From assembly GCA_963693365.1 (NCBI GenBank), contig CAVNZM010000006.1, forward strand, positions 8,683,355-8,747,354: a stretch of DNA of 64,000 bases, in the 5' to 3' direction. Below are positions 16,090-56,931 of this stretch, piece by piece. Position 1 is the first letter of the stretch; each line of letters starts with the position of its first letter. This DNA is from Amoebidium appalachense (Eukaryota; Protista; Ichthyosporea). Under the pieces are notes generated by a model. The model saw nothing but the letters and a program-made list of their open reading frames with translations. It did not search any database and had not been told where the DNA came from. The position numbers were made by a program, and so were the translations under genes.

Positions 16090-16590
16090 TCATGCACGCA
16101 CCACCTCCGTGACCTTTCCAGTCTTAACATCGTAGATTGTGCCCGTGATGGGGATATCCTTCGGGATAAGTGGCGAGTTGCGGATGATCTCCACATCGTC
16201 ACGCACTGACTGTTCAAGGTCAGGGAACGGGAGGAAGTCTCTGTCACCCACGTCCACACCGAGGTCATCCTGAATCTTGGCACGCAGCTGCTCATTGGTG
16301 AACGTCAACATGCCGCAGTCTGTGTGGTGCACGATGATGATCTCCTTGGTGCCAAGAAGCCTTTCAGAAATGACAAGTGAGCGGAGTGCATCCTCTGAAG
16401 CGCGGCCGCCTGCGTTTCGGATGCAATGCGACTCTCCATTCTTGATGCCAAGGACCTTCTCGGGGTGCAGGCGAGCATCCATGCAGGCCAGCACTGCTAC
16501 TTGGCGGGAGGGAGGCATGGCAAGGTGGCCATCCGTGAAGGAAGCTGCATACTCTGCGTTGTTGGAAAGAAATTCTTCGATGTTTGCCAT
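16090..16590 (-). CDS. Beta-class carbonic anhydrase, clade D (Cab/Rv1284-like), 166 aa
   Basis: Single uninterrupted ORF. Zn-ligand motifs LACMDARL (Cys-x-Asp-x-Arg) and HHTDCG (His-x-x-Cys), plus IRNAGGR and a GxIYDVxTG C-terminus. Confidence 0.95.
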   Translation of the reverse strand: MANIEEFLSNNAEYAASFTDGHLAMPPSRQVAVLACMDARLHPEKVLGIKNGESHCIRNAGGRASEDALRSLVISERLLGTKEIIIVHHTDCGMLTFTNEQLRAKIQDDLGVDVGDRDFLPFPDLEQSVRDDVEIIRNSPLIPKDIPITGTIYDVKTGKVTEVVRA

Positions 16591-17396
16591 CTTCGTTTTA
16601 TTAATAATGTCTGCAAGTGCAGAAGGTATACGTATACGTATGGTTGCAGGGATTGTTTGTTGACTGAAATATGGAGAGCCAGTTTACCGTTTTATACCTG
16701 TGAAAAAAAAGTAGGAGTGGAATGCGAATGGCCGCAATGGCGCCATTAACCTGCTCTCCTATTGGCTAGCTCTTTTGTTTAGCTCTCTCCTATTAGCTAC
16801 AAGTAGAATAGGAACCATCATGAACTTGGAAGTGTCAGGCAACGAATTCTATCAAGTTGAAGTGCATCAGGCCTGGGCACAGCACTATAAGTGACTAAAA
16901 GTTATGCAAATTCTCATGCTGCACTAAATTAAAACCAAAGAAATGACGCTTTACTGTACTTCACGGTTGATGATAAGTTTTTTGATGTGTTTTCATTTTC
17001 CTGAGGCTCCTCGGCAGTATCATGAAGTCTTCATGGGACGGGATCGAGATTCGGCGACCCACGTGCACACGCAGAGTGACCGTGAGCGTGCGCCTAGTTC
17101 GCCCGGGGACTCTCGACCGGGGCCGGGCCGGCCACACACAGTTGCAATTGGCGCCAAATTCCTATGTACACGTGATGTACTTTTTTGGTTGTTTTATGCA
17201 TGGCGGCACTTATGTTATTCTTCCCCTCCCTCCCCCCCTCCCCTCCCCCCCCCCCCCCCCCCCCCCCCCCCCTCGCCACTTCCACCCAGGGGCCCGGGCC
17301 TGGTAACACCCACACACGCACTCGCTCAGCTGCAGGCACGCGCACGTAAACACACTGTCAGGCACATTTGTACGCGGAACGCACACACGCACATAT

Positions 17397-17448
<52 letters not shown>

Positions 17449-19538
17449 CACACACAGATGCACACACACACACACACACACACACACAACCCTTCCCTGT
17501 GCGCCACCCGCCGCTGTTCTCCCCTCCCCCCCCCCCCCCCTCCCCCCTCGCGGGGGGGGGGGGGAGGGGGGGGAGAGAGAGAGAGGGGGGGGGGGGGGGG
17601 CACTTCCGGCGACGTCAATGTACAAGGAATCCTTCAGGACAGTCCCAGTGTTCGAATGCACTTCATGATCACCCAGCCTGGCCATGGCCAGGTACTGATT
17701 AGTCAACAAGCGTTAGCCCTCTGGCGGGAAAATCGATAGTCTAATTATGAAAGCAAGTGTCTTTGAGTTCTGTTTTTGAGCCATATATTTATATTTCGGC
17801 CACTTAACTGCATTGATGGTAAGGTTACTCATTTATCATCACCTTGGAATCCGATCGATTATCATACTCACTTGGTGCTGCAGCCTATCAAATCGTGCAA
17901 GTAACCCAGCCGCCTGGTTGGAAGCGTCAGCTCCTATACTTCCATGCCCCTCCCCTTGCTCCCTTCCCTTTCCTTCCTCCCTCCGTCTCTCTTCTTTGCC
18001 CCCTCCCTCTTCAGTTCAGTCTCCCCCTCTTACAGCATCTCATCAAGTTATCTGATCGATCTGCCAGTCGTAACGCTTTGACCACTTCTAAGCCTAAATT
18101 TTTTACCCGCGTATGTACTTGACATGCGTATTATCAAAAGACACAAACAAGACACAACCATATGATACACCGCATGGCAATAGACTTTCATAGTGCGCGT
18201 AAGTTACTACTCGTGAAGCCATGCCATTGGCACAGATTTGCACTTCATCTTTCGCGTATCACCCAGTTGCGTGCGCCAAACAAAGTCGATGGCACTCCAA
18301 GACCTAGGTTGTGAGCTTTTCCATCCATGCAGTAAAAAACCAACAATGCTTCTGCATTCACATAAAAACCGCGGCAGTTTTTGCGCGTGCACCTGGTGTG
18401 CGCATTGAATGGGTCACCTGGTCACACTGTGTTTCTGCCGTGCACGCGTGGCAAAGGGCGAAAACTCGAAAGCACTCGAAAACCTACACAAAACCTCGGG
18501 TATAACGAGGTGGGTCTGGTGCGCAGTGCACCAATCCGATGAACCTAACGTACCCTCCTAAACCGTATCATTGGGATCCAAAAAGCACTGGCTTGAAACA
18601 AATTGTCTTACTTGGTACTATATGAGCTTAGTGCCGCGACGAGCCGCCAGTAAAGAATGTGCTTTCACGATTATATATGATTTACAAAGCTTTTTTCACT
18701 CACTAAATTACAGATAAGAAATTTTGTCATTGTTTTTTTGGTTAGCATTCCTCTTTTCTGCCCTGTGTCTGCAGCAGTGCTGCAGCTGCAGTCTGCAGCC
18801 CTAGATTCTGCTGTGGATGTAATTTGAATTAAAAGTTCTTCTTTACCTTAAATCCTTACTCTATGGGGAGTAGTACGGGATACGACCTGTGGGCTAAAGG
18901 TCTAGATCTGAAGGTTGTAAAAGTATGGCGAGTTGGCGACTGTGTATGTGTGTTTTATAACATACAAAACAACACACTCTGTTACATATGAACCTCAAGA
19001 CCATTATGCAATGACTAATGAAGCATATCACGTGTCATATCAAGTACACAACTTAAATCCACAAGGGTTTGCATTGAATGGGTTCAAACAAAAGATCCAG
19101 CTGCCATGCAAAAGATCCAGCCCATGCCATGTTTCATTGATGCTTCCACGCTCAAGAGTTCTGTAAACACCTCAAAACTCGAAGCATGCGGCTTTCTATG
19201 TATGGTATATGAGGTTTTTTATTAACAGCATGCTTCAGTCATAAAACAACAATTCAAGTAGATTTTTCAGCTTTAACGCCATCTTGAAGCCTGATAGTAT
19301 CGACTGGTACCAGCCCCAACGAGTTACCCACTCCTCCTACCCCCCCCCCCCCCCCCCCCCCCCCCGGCCCGCCCCCCGTCTCTTACCCCATCCCTGACGC
19401 CCTCAACTCCTTCCCCTTCTCCTCCGGCTCTCTCCTACACTCTCAGCCCCTTCCTAAAAAAACAATCCCGCGCCTATCTTCTTTACCTAGTGTTGACACC
19501 TTTCACCTCATTCCACTCTCCACACCAACAACTCTACC

Positions 19539-31467
<11,929 letters not shown>

Positions 31468-33202
31468 ATTTTGGATAAATTTTTGGATAGCCATGGATAG
31501 TGAGAATTTACATGGCATGACGTGTGCACAACGGCTTCCGGAAGAGGCAGCGTGCGACGGCAAGGTTTGGACTTTTTTTCTTCGATTTTTGTTTATCTAA
31601 AATCGTCAGATGGTGTGAATATACGAAGTACGTTGTTTACGTGTGGTATTGTGATATTGGTTGAAGATTGATGTAGAGGCGAGGGCCTGCAGAGAGGTTG
31701 TTATCCTCAAATTTTAAACTGTCAGCTTTTTGGCCCCAGATGACACATCGTGTACCGTTAACGGAAAGGGATAAAACACAAAGCATCCATGGTAGCTGAT
31801 CCAAAACGTTAACCCAATACCATCAGCGTGTCAGTCAGTAGCTGCAAGCCACACTCTAAAAATTTGGGATGAAGCCTTTACAGCCTGCATGTATATCTCA
31901 CTGTTATCTCACATCTGTATGTATCAAATTGTCATCTGATCATGACTATCTGTATGTCTCACACAAAGTTATCTCTTCACACTATCGACCCTACTCACAG
32001 TCTAAACATAGCCCCAGATGATGAATATCACGCATAATTTGAAGCTATACAAGAACTCATTGAAATGAATCGGTAAAAACATATTTATTCCATATTTACG
32101 CATCATACGGATTCAAGTGCATGATGATGACTAGTGATATCGATTACTGTTTTTTACACACATATGCAATATGCATCGGATAGCTTTGTTTGCATTGACC
32201 TATCTACTAGTAAAAAAATTTGTATAGAATACACGGATAGCAACACCCAGGCTAAATATCATCATATGTCTAGTGTGCTGTGTTTTTAAGTAACGAAATG
32301 AGATGATTGATAGAAGACACATGATTGCTCAGGGTGCGGATGCCATGTAGAGATACGCGTCAAACACGCGATGAATTCAAACAAACACATTTAGATATTT
32401 CTACATGAAAGGATCCGGCATATATATTGGGATATACCGGCTAAGCATGTCGAAAATTGCCAGTTGATATTCGTAGTCTGCCACTGGTATTGGCCGGTGA
32501 CTCAATATTTGAGCCTGCGTGCAGCCGAGAAGTTCAACGTGGATAATGAATAAAGTAAGAATTTTTTAGTGATTGATATATCGATTCTGAGAGGCTGCAA
32601 GATGTAATAGTGCCATGTTAGCTAGAGTGAGTGGTACCACGGTGGCGCTGAAAGCCTCTCATTGCATCCAGTTTGCAAGAAAAAGCGATGAATGAACAAA
32701 ACAAATTTAAAAACAGAATTTGCACAAGAATTGGCTGAAACGGTGAGACCCCCACAGTTATGCCGCATCCGTGTGATATCAGTCTCCGCACGGACAGCGG
32801 GGTAATTACTTTAGATATGCGGTGATACCGATTCGAGGTGCAACCTGCAATTTTCACATATTCGTTTCTTTTCCTTTCCTCTTCTTTCTTTATCCTTTCT
32901 TTCTTTTTCTTTCTTTTTTTTTTCTTTTGCCTCCTCCTCCCCCTTTTTTCTTTTCTTTTCTTTCTTTCTTTCTTTTTATTTCTCCCAGGTGGTAGCGTGT
33001 GTAGAGGTGTGTGTGTGTGTGTGTGTGTGTGTACAGGGAGGGGGGGAGGGGAGGGAGAAGGGAGGGGGGGGGGGGGGGGGGGGGGGGGGGAATATCTTTT
33101 GCAAAAGTTTTAAAATTCTCTTCTCCATACATTATGAGGACCCCCCCCTCCCCCCGCCCTCCTTCCCCAACACACGCATCCACACACACACACACAGACC
33201 GT

Positions 33203-33319
<117 letters not shown>

Positions 33320-33814
33320 CAACAACAACAACAAAAAAAAAAAAAAAAAAAGACAAAAAGGGAAAGAAATAATGAAAGAAAAGAAAAGAACTCGAAAAGA
33401 AAAGGAACATCGAAATGTAACCTAAAACTCAGTCTGGTTATTGTTGTCACACACACACATGCCAACCTTCTCTTTCATATTTCATTTTTGTTTCTTCCCC
33501 CCCCCCCCCCCCCCCCCTCCCCTCCCCCCCGGGTCTCGAGTAAACAGCGTAAACCCCTTCCGTATATATATGTGGTTGTATAAAATTGTTGCAGAGTCTC
33601 ATACGCGTGCTTTATTAGCGCTGCAGGAATGGCAGCCAGGTATAGTACGTGCGCGCAAGAAACTGTACCGGTGCCCAGTCCGGCCACAGAGAGGGGTTAA
33701 ACGCCTCGCTAATATTGAGTGCTGAAGTGCACAGACAGTGGACAGGTGGTGGTGGTATGTAGTGACTGTGTGTTTTGGTCACGGGGCATACCGTACCGGG
33801 TTTTTTTTTTTTTT

Positions 33815-33846
<32 letters not shown>

Positions 33847-33912
33847 GAGGGGGGAGGGGGGGGGGGGGGGGGGGGGGGGGGCGCGGCGCCGGGGGGAAGG
33901 GGGGGAAGGGGG

Positions 33913-33947
<35 letters not shown>

Positions 33948-34189
33948 GGCCTAGGGGGGAAGGGGCTTGGGGAGCGGGGGGGGAGGGGAGGAACGTGGGC
34001 GACAAAAAAATACAATAACTGCTCGGAATTCGGCTATAAGCCCGTGGCATTCCCGGGTTACTGCCTGGCCTGAACTGTTTGAACAGAGTAAGAGCCTGGC
34101 CTTGTGCCTTTGCCCCAACTTGCCAACTTGTAATTGCGGCGGCACCTGTTTTCCCGCCCTTTGCCAATTATGGGTTTATGTTCGTATCC

Positions 34190-34692
34190 ATGATTGGCTA
34201 ATGTTATCGATTGGCCCCCTCCAGCTTTGATTGGGAAGCCAAGGGTTTGATTGAATTGATTCATGGTGCACCGCGACGAGATACAGATAATGGAGCATAG
34301 CCACGGCCATCTAGAGTCTCTAGATGGCCGTGAGCATAGCTTAAGTATTTGTTTTAAATCTATTCTTTCCTGTAAGAGAACACTTTTTATTCCATTTCCC
34401 TATATTATTTTTATTTATTCTTTTTTTGGGTGGGGGGCAAGGCTCATGGCCGTGGTGGGGGGCAAGGCTGAGTTGGTATGCAAGAATATTTTGTCATTAT
34501 GACGTCATGCTTTCTCTGCCCTCCTCTAAACATCAGCCATCTGATTGGAATTTACAACCAGTTAAAACGTTTGGACCAATCCGATGTTGAAACTAAATTT
34601 CGGGGGACATGTGAGCGCACATAACTTGGAAGTCTCTGCGGTTGCAGCGTCTCTTTCGACTCAGAGACCAGTGTTGAACGTCAACCCCCAAA
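34190..34692 (+). promoter_or_regulatory. Putative RPL10A promoter
   Basis: Cluster of GATTGG/CCAATC boxes (about 34192, 34209, 34229, 34543, 34576), TGACGTCA at 34500..34507, and a CTCTTTC TOP-like tract at about 34651. Confidence 0.55.
34294..34340. mobile_element. 31-bp palindromic TIR-only insertion with 8-bp target-site duplication
   Basis: AGCATAGC (34294..34301) + CACGGCCATCTAGAG-T-CTCTAGATGGCCGTG (34302..34332; perfect 15-bp arms) + AGCATAGC (34333..34340). Confidence 0.8.
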
Positions 34693-35122
34693 ATGAGGTG
34701 TGTTTTTGAAGAATGGGTACAGAAAATAGGGAAAAGGAGAGATAAACTGCAGCTCCGAATGGATTATTAGCGAATATATACGTTCATTATTTTTTTTGGA
34801 AAATACAACATGAATTCGCTTAGTTATACCACTTAGACCTCTTCGAGCTTGGGAATTCGCTAAGCACCGCTGTGCTATCTAAGTGCCAGCAACCATCTAG
34901 ATTAGACCACGTCTGTTTATTACGCAAAAAGAGAACTTCGTTGGAAAAGTAGGGAGCCGTACAACTTCTCGTACCGAGAGCATCGAAATTTTGTGTCCGG
35001 CCGTTAGACCTTTATTATGCTTTCAGAGTACGGAGAGCAAGTTTGCAGGAGCCAGGGGAGGCTGTTTCCTCGGGTCGCACACCAAAAGGAGGGTAGGAGG
35101 GGAGGGGGGAGCGTAAAGGGAG

Positions 35123-35153
<31 letters not shown>

Positions 35154-36512
35154 GGGGAGGGGGGAGGGGGAGGCAGGAGTGGGAGCTAGGAGTGAGGAGC
35201 AGAACGGGCAGGCTGGGCAAGTTTGATGGTTGCAGTGCTGTGCGGACGGTAGTTAGTCTGTCCGTTAGTTGGACAGAACAGCCGTCGACTCTTGTGAGGG
35301 CAGGGTTTTCAGCCCTTTTTTTTTTTTCCAGAACCCCCGTTAACTTTTTGGGGGGGCTCCCGCCTGCAGCAAGCTGAGCCGCGATGCCGTCGACGAGGCC
35401 GTCAAGGCCATCCTCACCACCGCTGCCGAGAAGAAGCGCGGGTTCCGCGAGACCGTGGAGCTGCAGGTGGGCCTGAAGAACTACGACCCCCAGCGTGACA
35501 AGCGTTTCTCCGGCACCGTCCGCCTGCCCAACATGCCCCGCCCCGGCATGAAGATCTGCATTCTCGGTGACGCCCAGCACTGCGACGTTGCCAAGCAGAA
35601 CGGTATTCCCCAGATGAACGCCGATGACCTGAAGAAGCTGAACAAGAACAAGAAGGTACGGACAAGGGGGTGAAACAGTGGAGGGGGGACGTTAGTTATT
35701 GTGTGCAGCAAAGCCAGTTGCAGGTTGGAAGGCAGCAGCAGGAGGGCACTGTTGCAAACTTGGGCAGCCCAAGGGAAATCGGCTTGTAGTGATGTTACCT
35801 ACCTCTGGTCCTTAGCCCTCTGATCATGTTTGCTTATGTTGCAGCCTAGGTCGAGGAGGAGGATAGGGCCCTTGGTAGGTTTGGAGGTGGGGGTGGGTGG
35901 TGTATGAGATATTGTAAGGGGGATGGTTTGGGGGGAAGGGGGGAAGAAAGCAAAAGCGCACAACATGCAGGAGGAAGCAAAAAAGGAGCCTCTCATTCGA
36001 CACCAGGGTGGGGTATTTTTTTGGTTTTTTTTTTTTTTGGGGGGGGGGGGGGGGGCAGGCTTCCTTGCCAGAGCTACACCATGGTGTAAAGTTCATGTGC
36101 ACCACCCATGGTTTATGTTACCAAACACCTATCGATGTTGCTAAACACACAATTGTTACGTTTCTAACCATGGTACTGTGTGCATGTAGCTGGTCAAGAA
36201 GCTTGCCAAGAAGTACGACGCCTTCCTGGCCTCCGAGACTCTGATCAAGCAGATCCCCCGTCTGCTCGGGCCCGGTCTGAACAAGGCCGGCAAGTTCCCC
36301 TCCCTTCTGTCCCACCAGGAGGACATGGTGGCCAAGGTCAACGAGACCAAGAGCACCATCAAGTTCCAGATGAAGAAGGTGCGTGCACTTGGGGTGGTGT
36401 GGGATAGGGGATGGTGTGGGTATGTTTGCTTGGGATGTGGGTGTGTGTGTGTTCGTGATTTATTGGTGGACATACAGGGGTTGTACGAGTGCACCTGCTT
36501 GTTGTGTGTGTA

Positions 36513-36554
<42 letters not shown>

Positions 36555-37337
36555 TGTGTAAGGGGTTGCCATTATTTTCGTTCGGTGTGTGGGGAAGGGG
36601 AGGGGAGGGACGGGGTCCCTTCACGGGCACTAAGGCACCTCTTTTCGTTCGTTTCTTTAGGGTATCTCTGGGGACCCTCTCATGGGTGCCGGGCAGGATG
36701 GGGGTTTTTTTTGAAGAGGGGGGGGGGGGAGGGGGATAGTAGAGCTCACGGAGGAGGCAAACTCTCGAGACCTGGAAAGATGTTTTAGCACAAGAGATAG
36801 GAGGATACGTACACTTCGAGGAGGGGGGGGGGGGAGGGGGAGCGGCACGTGCCTGCGCAGAAATGCGCTCGAACCTGTGTAAGTGTCATCTGGTCTACTC
36901 AGAGATAGTTGCTCGTGGTGTTTTTGGGGAATGACGACAAAGAAATGACTTTTGAGCTACGGTAATTACGAGTCGGTGTTCAATATGCGGCACATGAAGT
37001 ATCGGCCAGGTCATGCATAGTAGCACAAGCACATACACTCTGCTTTCCTCTTCTGTGTGATTCTGTCTGCATCGTAAATTCCATGTGTATGTTTTTCTTC
37101 TTAACACCGTTACCCTGTATGTATTGCTATTATACATCGTCACTGACCTGTTTTGTGCCTTTACAGGTGCTGTGCCTCGGTGTTGCCATCGGCCACGTCG
37201 AGATGACCGCCGACGACCTGACCCAGAACGTGTTCATGTCGGTGAACTTCCTTGTGTCTCTGCTCAAGAAGAACTGGCAGAACATCAAGTCCATCCACAT
37301 CAAGAGCACCATGGGCAAGGTCCAGCGTCTGTTCTAG
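34693..37337 (+). CDS. RPL10A: 60S ribosomal protein uL1 (L10a), 216 aa
   Basis: Exons 34693..34697 (ATGAG), 35370..35655, 36190..36378, 37167..37337 (651 nt). Motifs [58 protein letters not shown]. Strong C/G-ending codon bias. Confidence 0.98.
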
Positions 37338-38398
37338 ATGGCTGCCCCCCCTGTGGGTGTGCCTGACGTTGTTCTCGTCACAGTAGCTCACCAAGGGTCC
37401 CCCGCTTCAGGGCGGGCTCGTTGGGAGCGGTAAAAAGCTTGCGCTCGAATAAATTGGGGTCTCAGAAGAGTGTGTGTGCACGTGTGTTTTGTTGCAGTAC
37501 TGTTGCACGTGAGGTGACTGGCCGGCAGGTGGAGAGTTGGTGTGGTGAACCCCACTCCTGATGATATTTGTGTGCACACTCCCGGCAGGGCGGTGGTGAG
37601 GTTGGTTTATCTGAGCACATGCGCTTGACCCACCACAATTTGTGCAGATTATCATTCTTTTGGGGGGGGGGAGGGGGGAGGGGAACCTATGTGAGTAGGG
37701 TTGGGGATGGCGTTTTTGTGTGTGTGTGTGTGCTGGGGAAAAGATGAAATATGTGGCAGGAAAGCATATGCCCTTTCCTTCGGGCGCCCAAATGGTCACT
37801 GCCGGTGGGCTCTTCATTTGCATCCATCCATGATAAGTTGGTGACCCAGAACGTCTGCGGCACGTGCATGCATATGTGCCGTGGTGGGTGACCGAGCTCG
37901 AGGAGGCAGTATCAGCTCTGTACACACCAAAGAGGGGAGATGGCCTTGAGCTATTTTCCGGGTGAAAGTGTGGCAGCTGCAGGGTCCCGGACTCGAGGAC
38001 TCTGCACGTGTGTCATGGGATTTTGATTCCCGGATGCTGATTGGCAAATAGAATGAAAAATAACCAAAATGGCTCGTTTTAGATCTCTCCACCACTGGGA
38101 GGCTCAGTGAGGCAGGCGAGTGTGTCACCTTGTGGAGTCATCGCAGCCTCACAACAAAACGTGCATGGACTTTGCTAGCTATCATCGGGTCAAGTTGTTG
38201 GAGTACTGCATACTTCTACGCACGCACTGGTGTATTTATAGGTGCACGCTTACCGTATGTATATATGCGGTTCATTTCGAACCCGTCCATATTTCTGTGA
38301 GCTGCACGTTGGTCATCCAGGCTGCACCACCTCATTACTCTCTAGTGGTAGATCTTGCTTACCTTACGTGTGCCTGTCCTTCTAAGGACACAGCCACC

Positions 38399-48449
<10,051 letters not shown>

Positions 48450-48959
48450 ATACATGGCTGTGTGGTCCTGCTACGTGCCTGGAACTTGGCCGTTGTGAGA
48501 CAGAAATTTCGAAGCTAAGAATCGAATGAACTTGCGTTTGTGCTGAGCTGCATTTAATTTAGTAACAGGTTGAAAATGGCTGATTTATTGGGTAGTGTGT
48601 GGAGACACGTGGCACGTGTGTGTGTGTGTGTGTGTGGTTGGGGGGGGGGGGGGGGGGGGGAGGGAGAGGGGGGGGGGGGTATTTTTCATTTTGAATCAAG
48701 GGCCTCAGGAACAAACGCTAAGAGGGCTACTCAGGCATGTTGCCTCGGTCGTAGAATTCTTGTATCTTCGATGCACTGCGACCCATTTGACTAGTGTGGT
48801 ACCGAGTGCATGGAGCACTGCACGTATGGGCCGTGTGCATGGGGGAGTGTAAGACATCTGGTATTGTAGTCTATTAACAGTATATTATTAGTGAGAATGA
48901 ATGCATATAATAAACACATCAAATCGTGCGCCAACAGGCCCGCCTTCCACCCCTCCCTC

Positions 48960-49006
<47 letters not shown>

Positions 49007-49709
49007 ACACTCCGTCCCACCCACCCACCCACACATACACACACATTCAGTCAGGCTCATCTCTCAGGCCACCACCGCTTGAAACAGTACAAACACCAGC
49101 ACACACCTACCTGCACACGTGTAAACAGCACCGCGAAACACTGTTGCACACACACACAAACACGCACACACAAATACATACATACACCCACACACACACA
49201 CATACAGGACCTCAGCACACGTCCGGCCATTTCAAAGGCACACCCTACCCAGCAACACTGAGATGAATGGTCACAACGGAAGGGGGGGGGGGGGGGGGGG
49301 GAGAAGGGTTGCCAGCCTGGTTTACAAGTCCATGAGCCTTGTGCATGCTCGACCAGTGTAACATCATGTTTGTATTTAGTGTGCCCCATTAACATGGGAT
49401 TATTATCGCTATCTTAATGCTGGTGTTAGTGACCATATTCGGGAAAAAAGAAACCAAAGCATATGCATACACCAACCCATGAATTGCATACGTGCACGCA
49501 TATGTACAATAAACCACTGCATACATGCATACACCCATTATTAGAGGTGCGGTCCAGCCGACACAGATTTCAGTCTTTAGACACTATCACCCATTCATTC
49601 AGATATTCTGTTGCACACAGTACAGAAGCACCAAAAGCCTAAACCATTGTCTGACCCTATGCACCTATGTTCAACCTGCTGGCCAGGTGGTTTGCACAAA
49701 CCACACGTG

Positions 49710-49744
<35 letters not shown>

Positions 49745-49824
49745 ATCGATACAAGTATAAATTCAGGCTGAATTTGTGGGGGGCCCTGATTTTATAAGGC
49801 GAAAAATCACATTCAAGTGCTGCG

Positions 49825-49859
<35 letters not shown>

Positions 49860-50037
49860 TTCCCCCCCTCCATCTCCCCCCCCCCCCTCCGCGCCCTCCC
49901 CCGCCTTCCCCCTCCCAAGAAAACAAGCGACCCGCCCTATCGAAAGGGCACAGGCACATATTCCCCCCACCCACGACCACATCATGCAGACAACGAAAGT
50001 TGCCCTACACCACATATACTTCCACTTCCTGCACCTG

Positions 50038-55320
<5,283 letters not shown>

Positions 55321-55705
55321 TGTGCACACAATGTTCTGTCACACAACCAAGGCATAAGTTGCAGTGCCGCAAAGCTGACCGTGATGACTGAATACAAAAC
55401 GAAGGGGAAACTTTGAGTTTGGTCTCGACTCGGACTCAGACTCTGAGTCGAACTTCAGCGGCGCCGGCTACTGGTTATGTACAGTTAGCCGACTCAGCGT
55501 TCCTGATTGGCAGGCATTTCCCGCCAAAACCCCCACATATGCAGACATGATAGTGGACTGCTTTAGCCGCCCTGCCCTGCCGCCTGCCGTTTCGGAAGTT
55601 CCCAAGCCTATGTATAGCCCTGAGAAAATTGTTGCTCTGTTTCAGGGGGGTGAATGGGATATTAGTAACCGGGTGGTCTCCCTTCCCCAGCCTCCCTTCC
55701 GCCCT

Positions 55706-55747
<42 letters not shown>

Positions 55748-56637
55748 ACCACCACCACCACCACCACCTTTCCTCCCTTTCCTCCCTATCTTCCCCCTCC
55801 GGATCCGGAGTCCCACCTTCCCCCCCCTCCTCGCTATCTTCCCCCTCCGCGCCCCCCCCACCCTCCCCTCCCCAAAACCCCACGGCTAAGCCTCCCTCCC
55901 GCACACCTTTCCCCTAAATTTCGTTCCCCTCACTAACCAACTACTCGACTTCATTTCCATCAACACTTGACACTTTCGTTGGGGCCATGCTTTTGTGCTT
56001 ACTGTTCGCGTGTGTGCGTGTGTTGAGTGAAAAACTGTGTGTGTGTGCGCGCGCGTACGTGCGTGCGTGCGTGCCATGCGTGCGTGTAACAGTGGATGTG
56101 AGCACGTGCATGCGTGTACATGTGTGTTCCTGTACATGTACGCGCCACGCTGGGTTCAGTGTTTTGTGCGTGTTTGTGTGAGCGTGTGTGTTTATGTTTT
56201 ATACCATGCTTGTGCTGTCTTTTTTTTTCTTGGCCCGTGCACACACGTGTGTCTACTGTGACCTGTGTGTGTGTACTTACGTGTGTGTGTGTGTGTGTGT
56301 GTGTGCATGCCCTCAGTCTCCTTCTTTCTCTATGTATTTGTGTGTGCACTGTGTGCGTGTGTACAGTGCGTGTTGTTTGCGGTGTATGAATGTGGCACGT
56401 GCGAGCGCCTGAGAAAAGGGGAAGGGGGGGGTGTGGGGGGAGAAATAGGGAAGTGGTTGATTGGGATACGAGGGAGTGATCATGAGAGAGGAAAAAAGGA
56501 GAGGGAAAGTGTATGTGCATGTGTGTGTGCGTGCATGTTCTCTGAGCATACAGAGCCGACAAAATGAGCATGTTCACGGGTTAGTTGTGTGGCTGCGTGG
56601 ACACATGTTGTGTATGTGCGTGCTTGCTTGCGTGTGT

Positions 56638-56823
56638 GCCTGCCTGCCTGCCTGCCTGCCTGCCCGCCTGCCTGCCTGCCTGCCCGCCTGCCTGCCTGCC
56701 TGCCTGCCTGCCTGCTTGCCGGCATGCATGCATGCATGCCTGCCTGCCTGCCTGCCTGCCTGCCTGCCGCAGATGTGTGAGTGCACGTCGTGTGTGAGTG
56801 TGGTACATGTATGCGACAGAAAG

Positions 56824-56906
<83 letters not shown>

Positions 56907-56931
56907 CTTTTTTTTTTTTTTTTTTTTTTTT
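56638..56931. repeat. (CCTG)n tetranucleotide repeat followed by a ~80-nt poly-C and a poly-T
   Basis: CCTG units at about 56638..56768, C-run at about 56824..56903, T-run at about 56908..56931; intergenic. Confidence 0.95.

Noticed and set aside
32760-32830. Nested hairpin (GCCGCAT/ATGCGGT enclosing CCGTG/CACGG) in intergenic DNA
   Set aside because: No tRNA, snoRNA or ribozyme motifs, single copy, and compatible with chance.
35786-35825. C/D-box-like GTGATGT...CTGA in RPL10A intron 2, and ATGACGA at about 36931 in intron 3
   Set aside because: The first is too short for a snoRNA; the second lacks a properly placed D box or terminal stem, and I recognised no rRNA guide.
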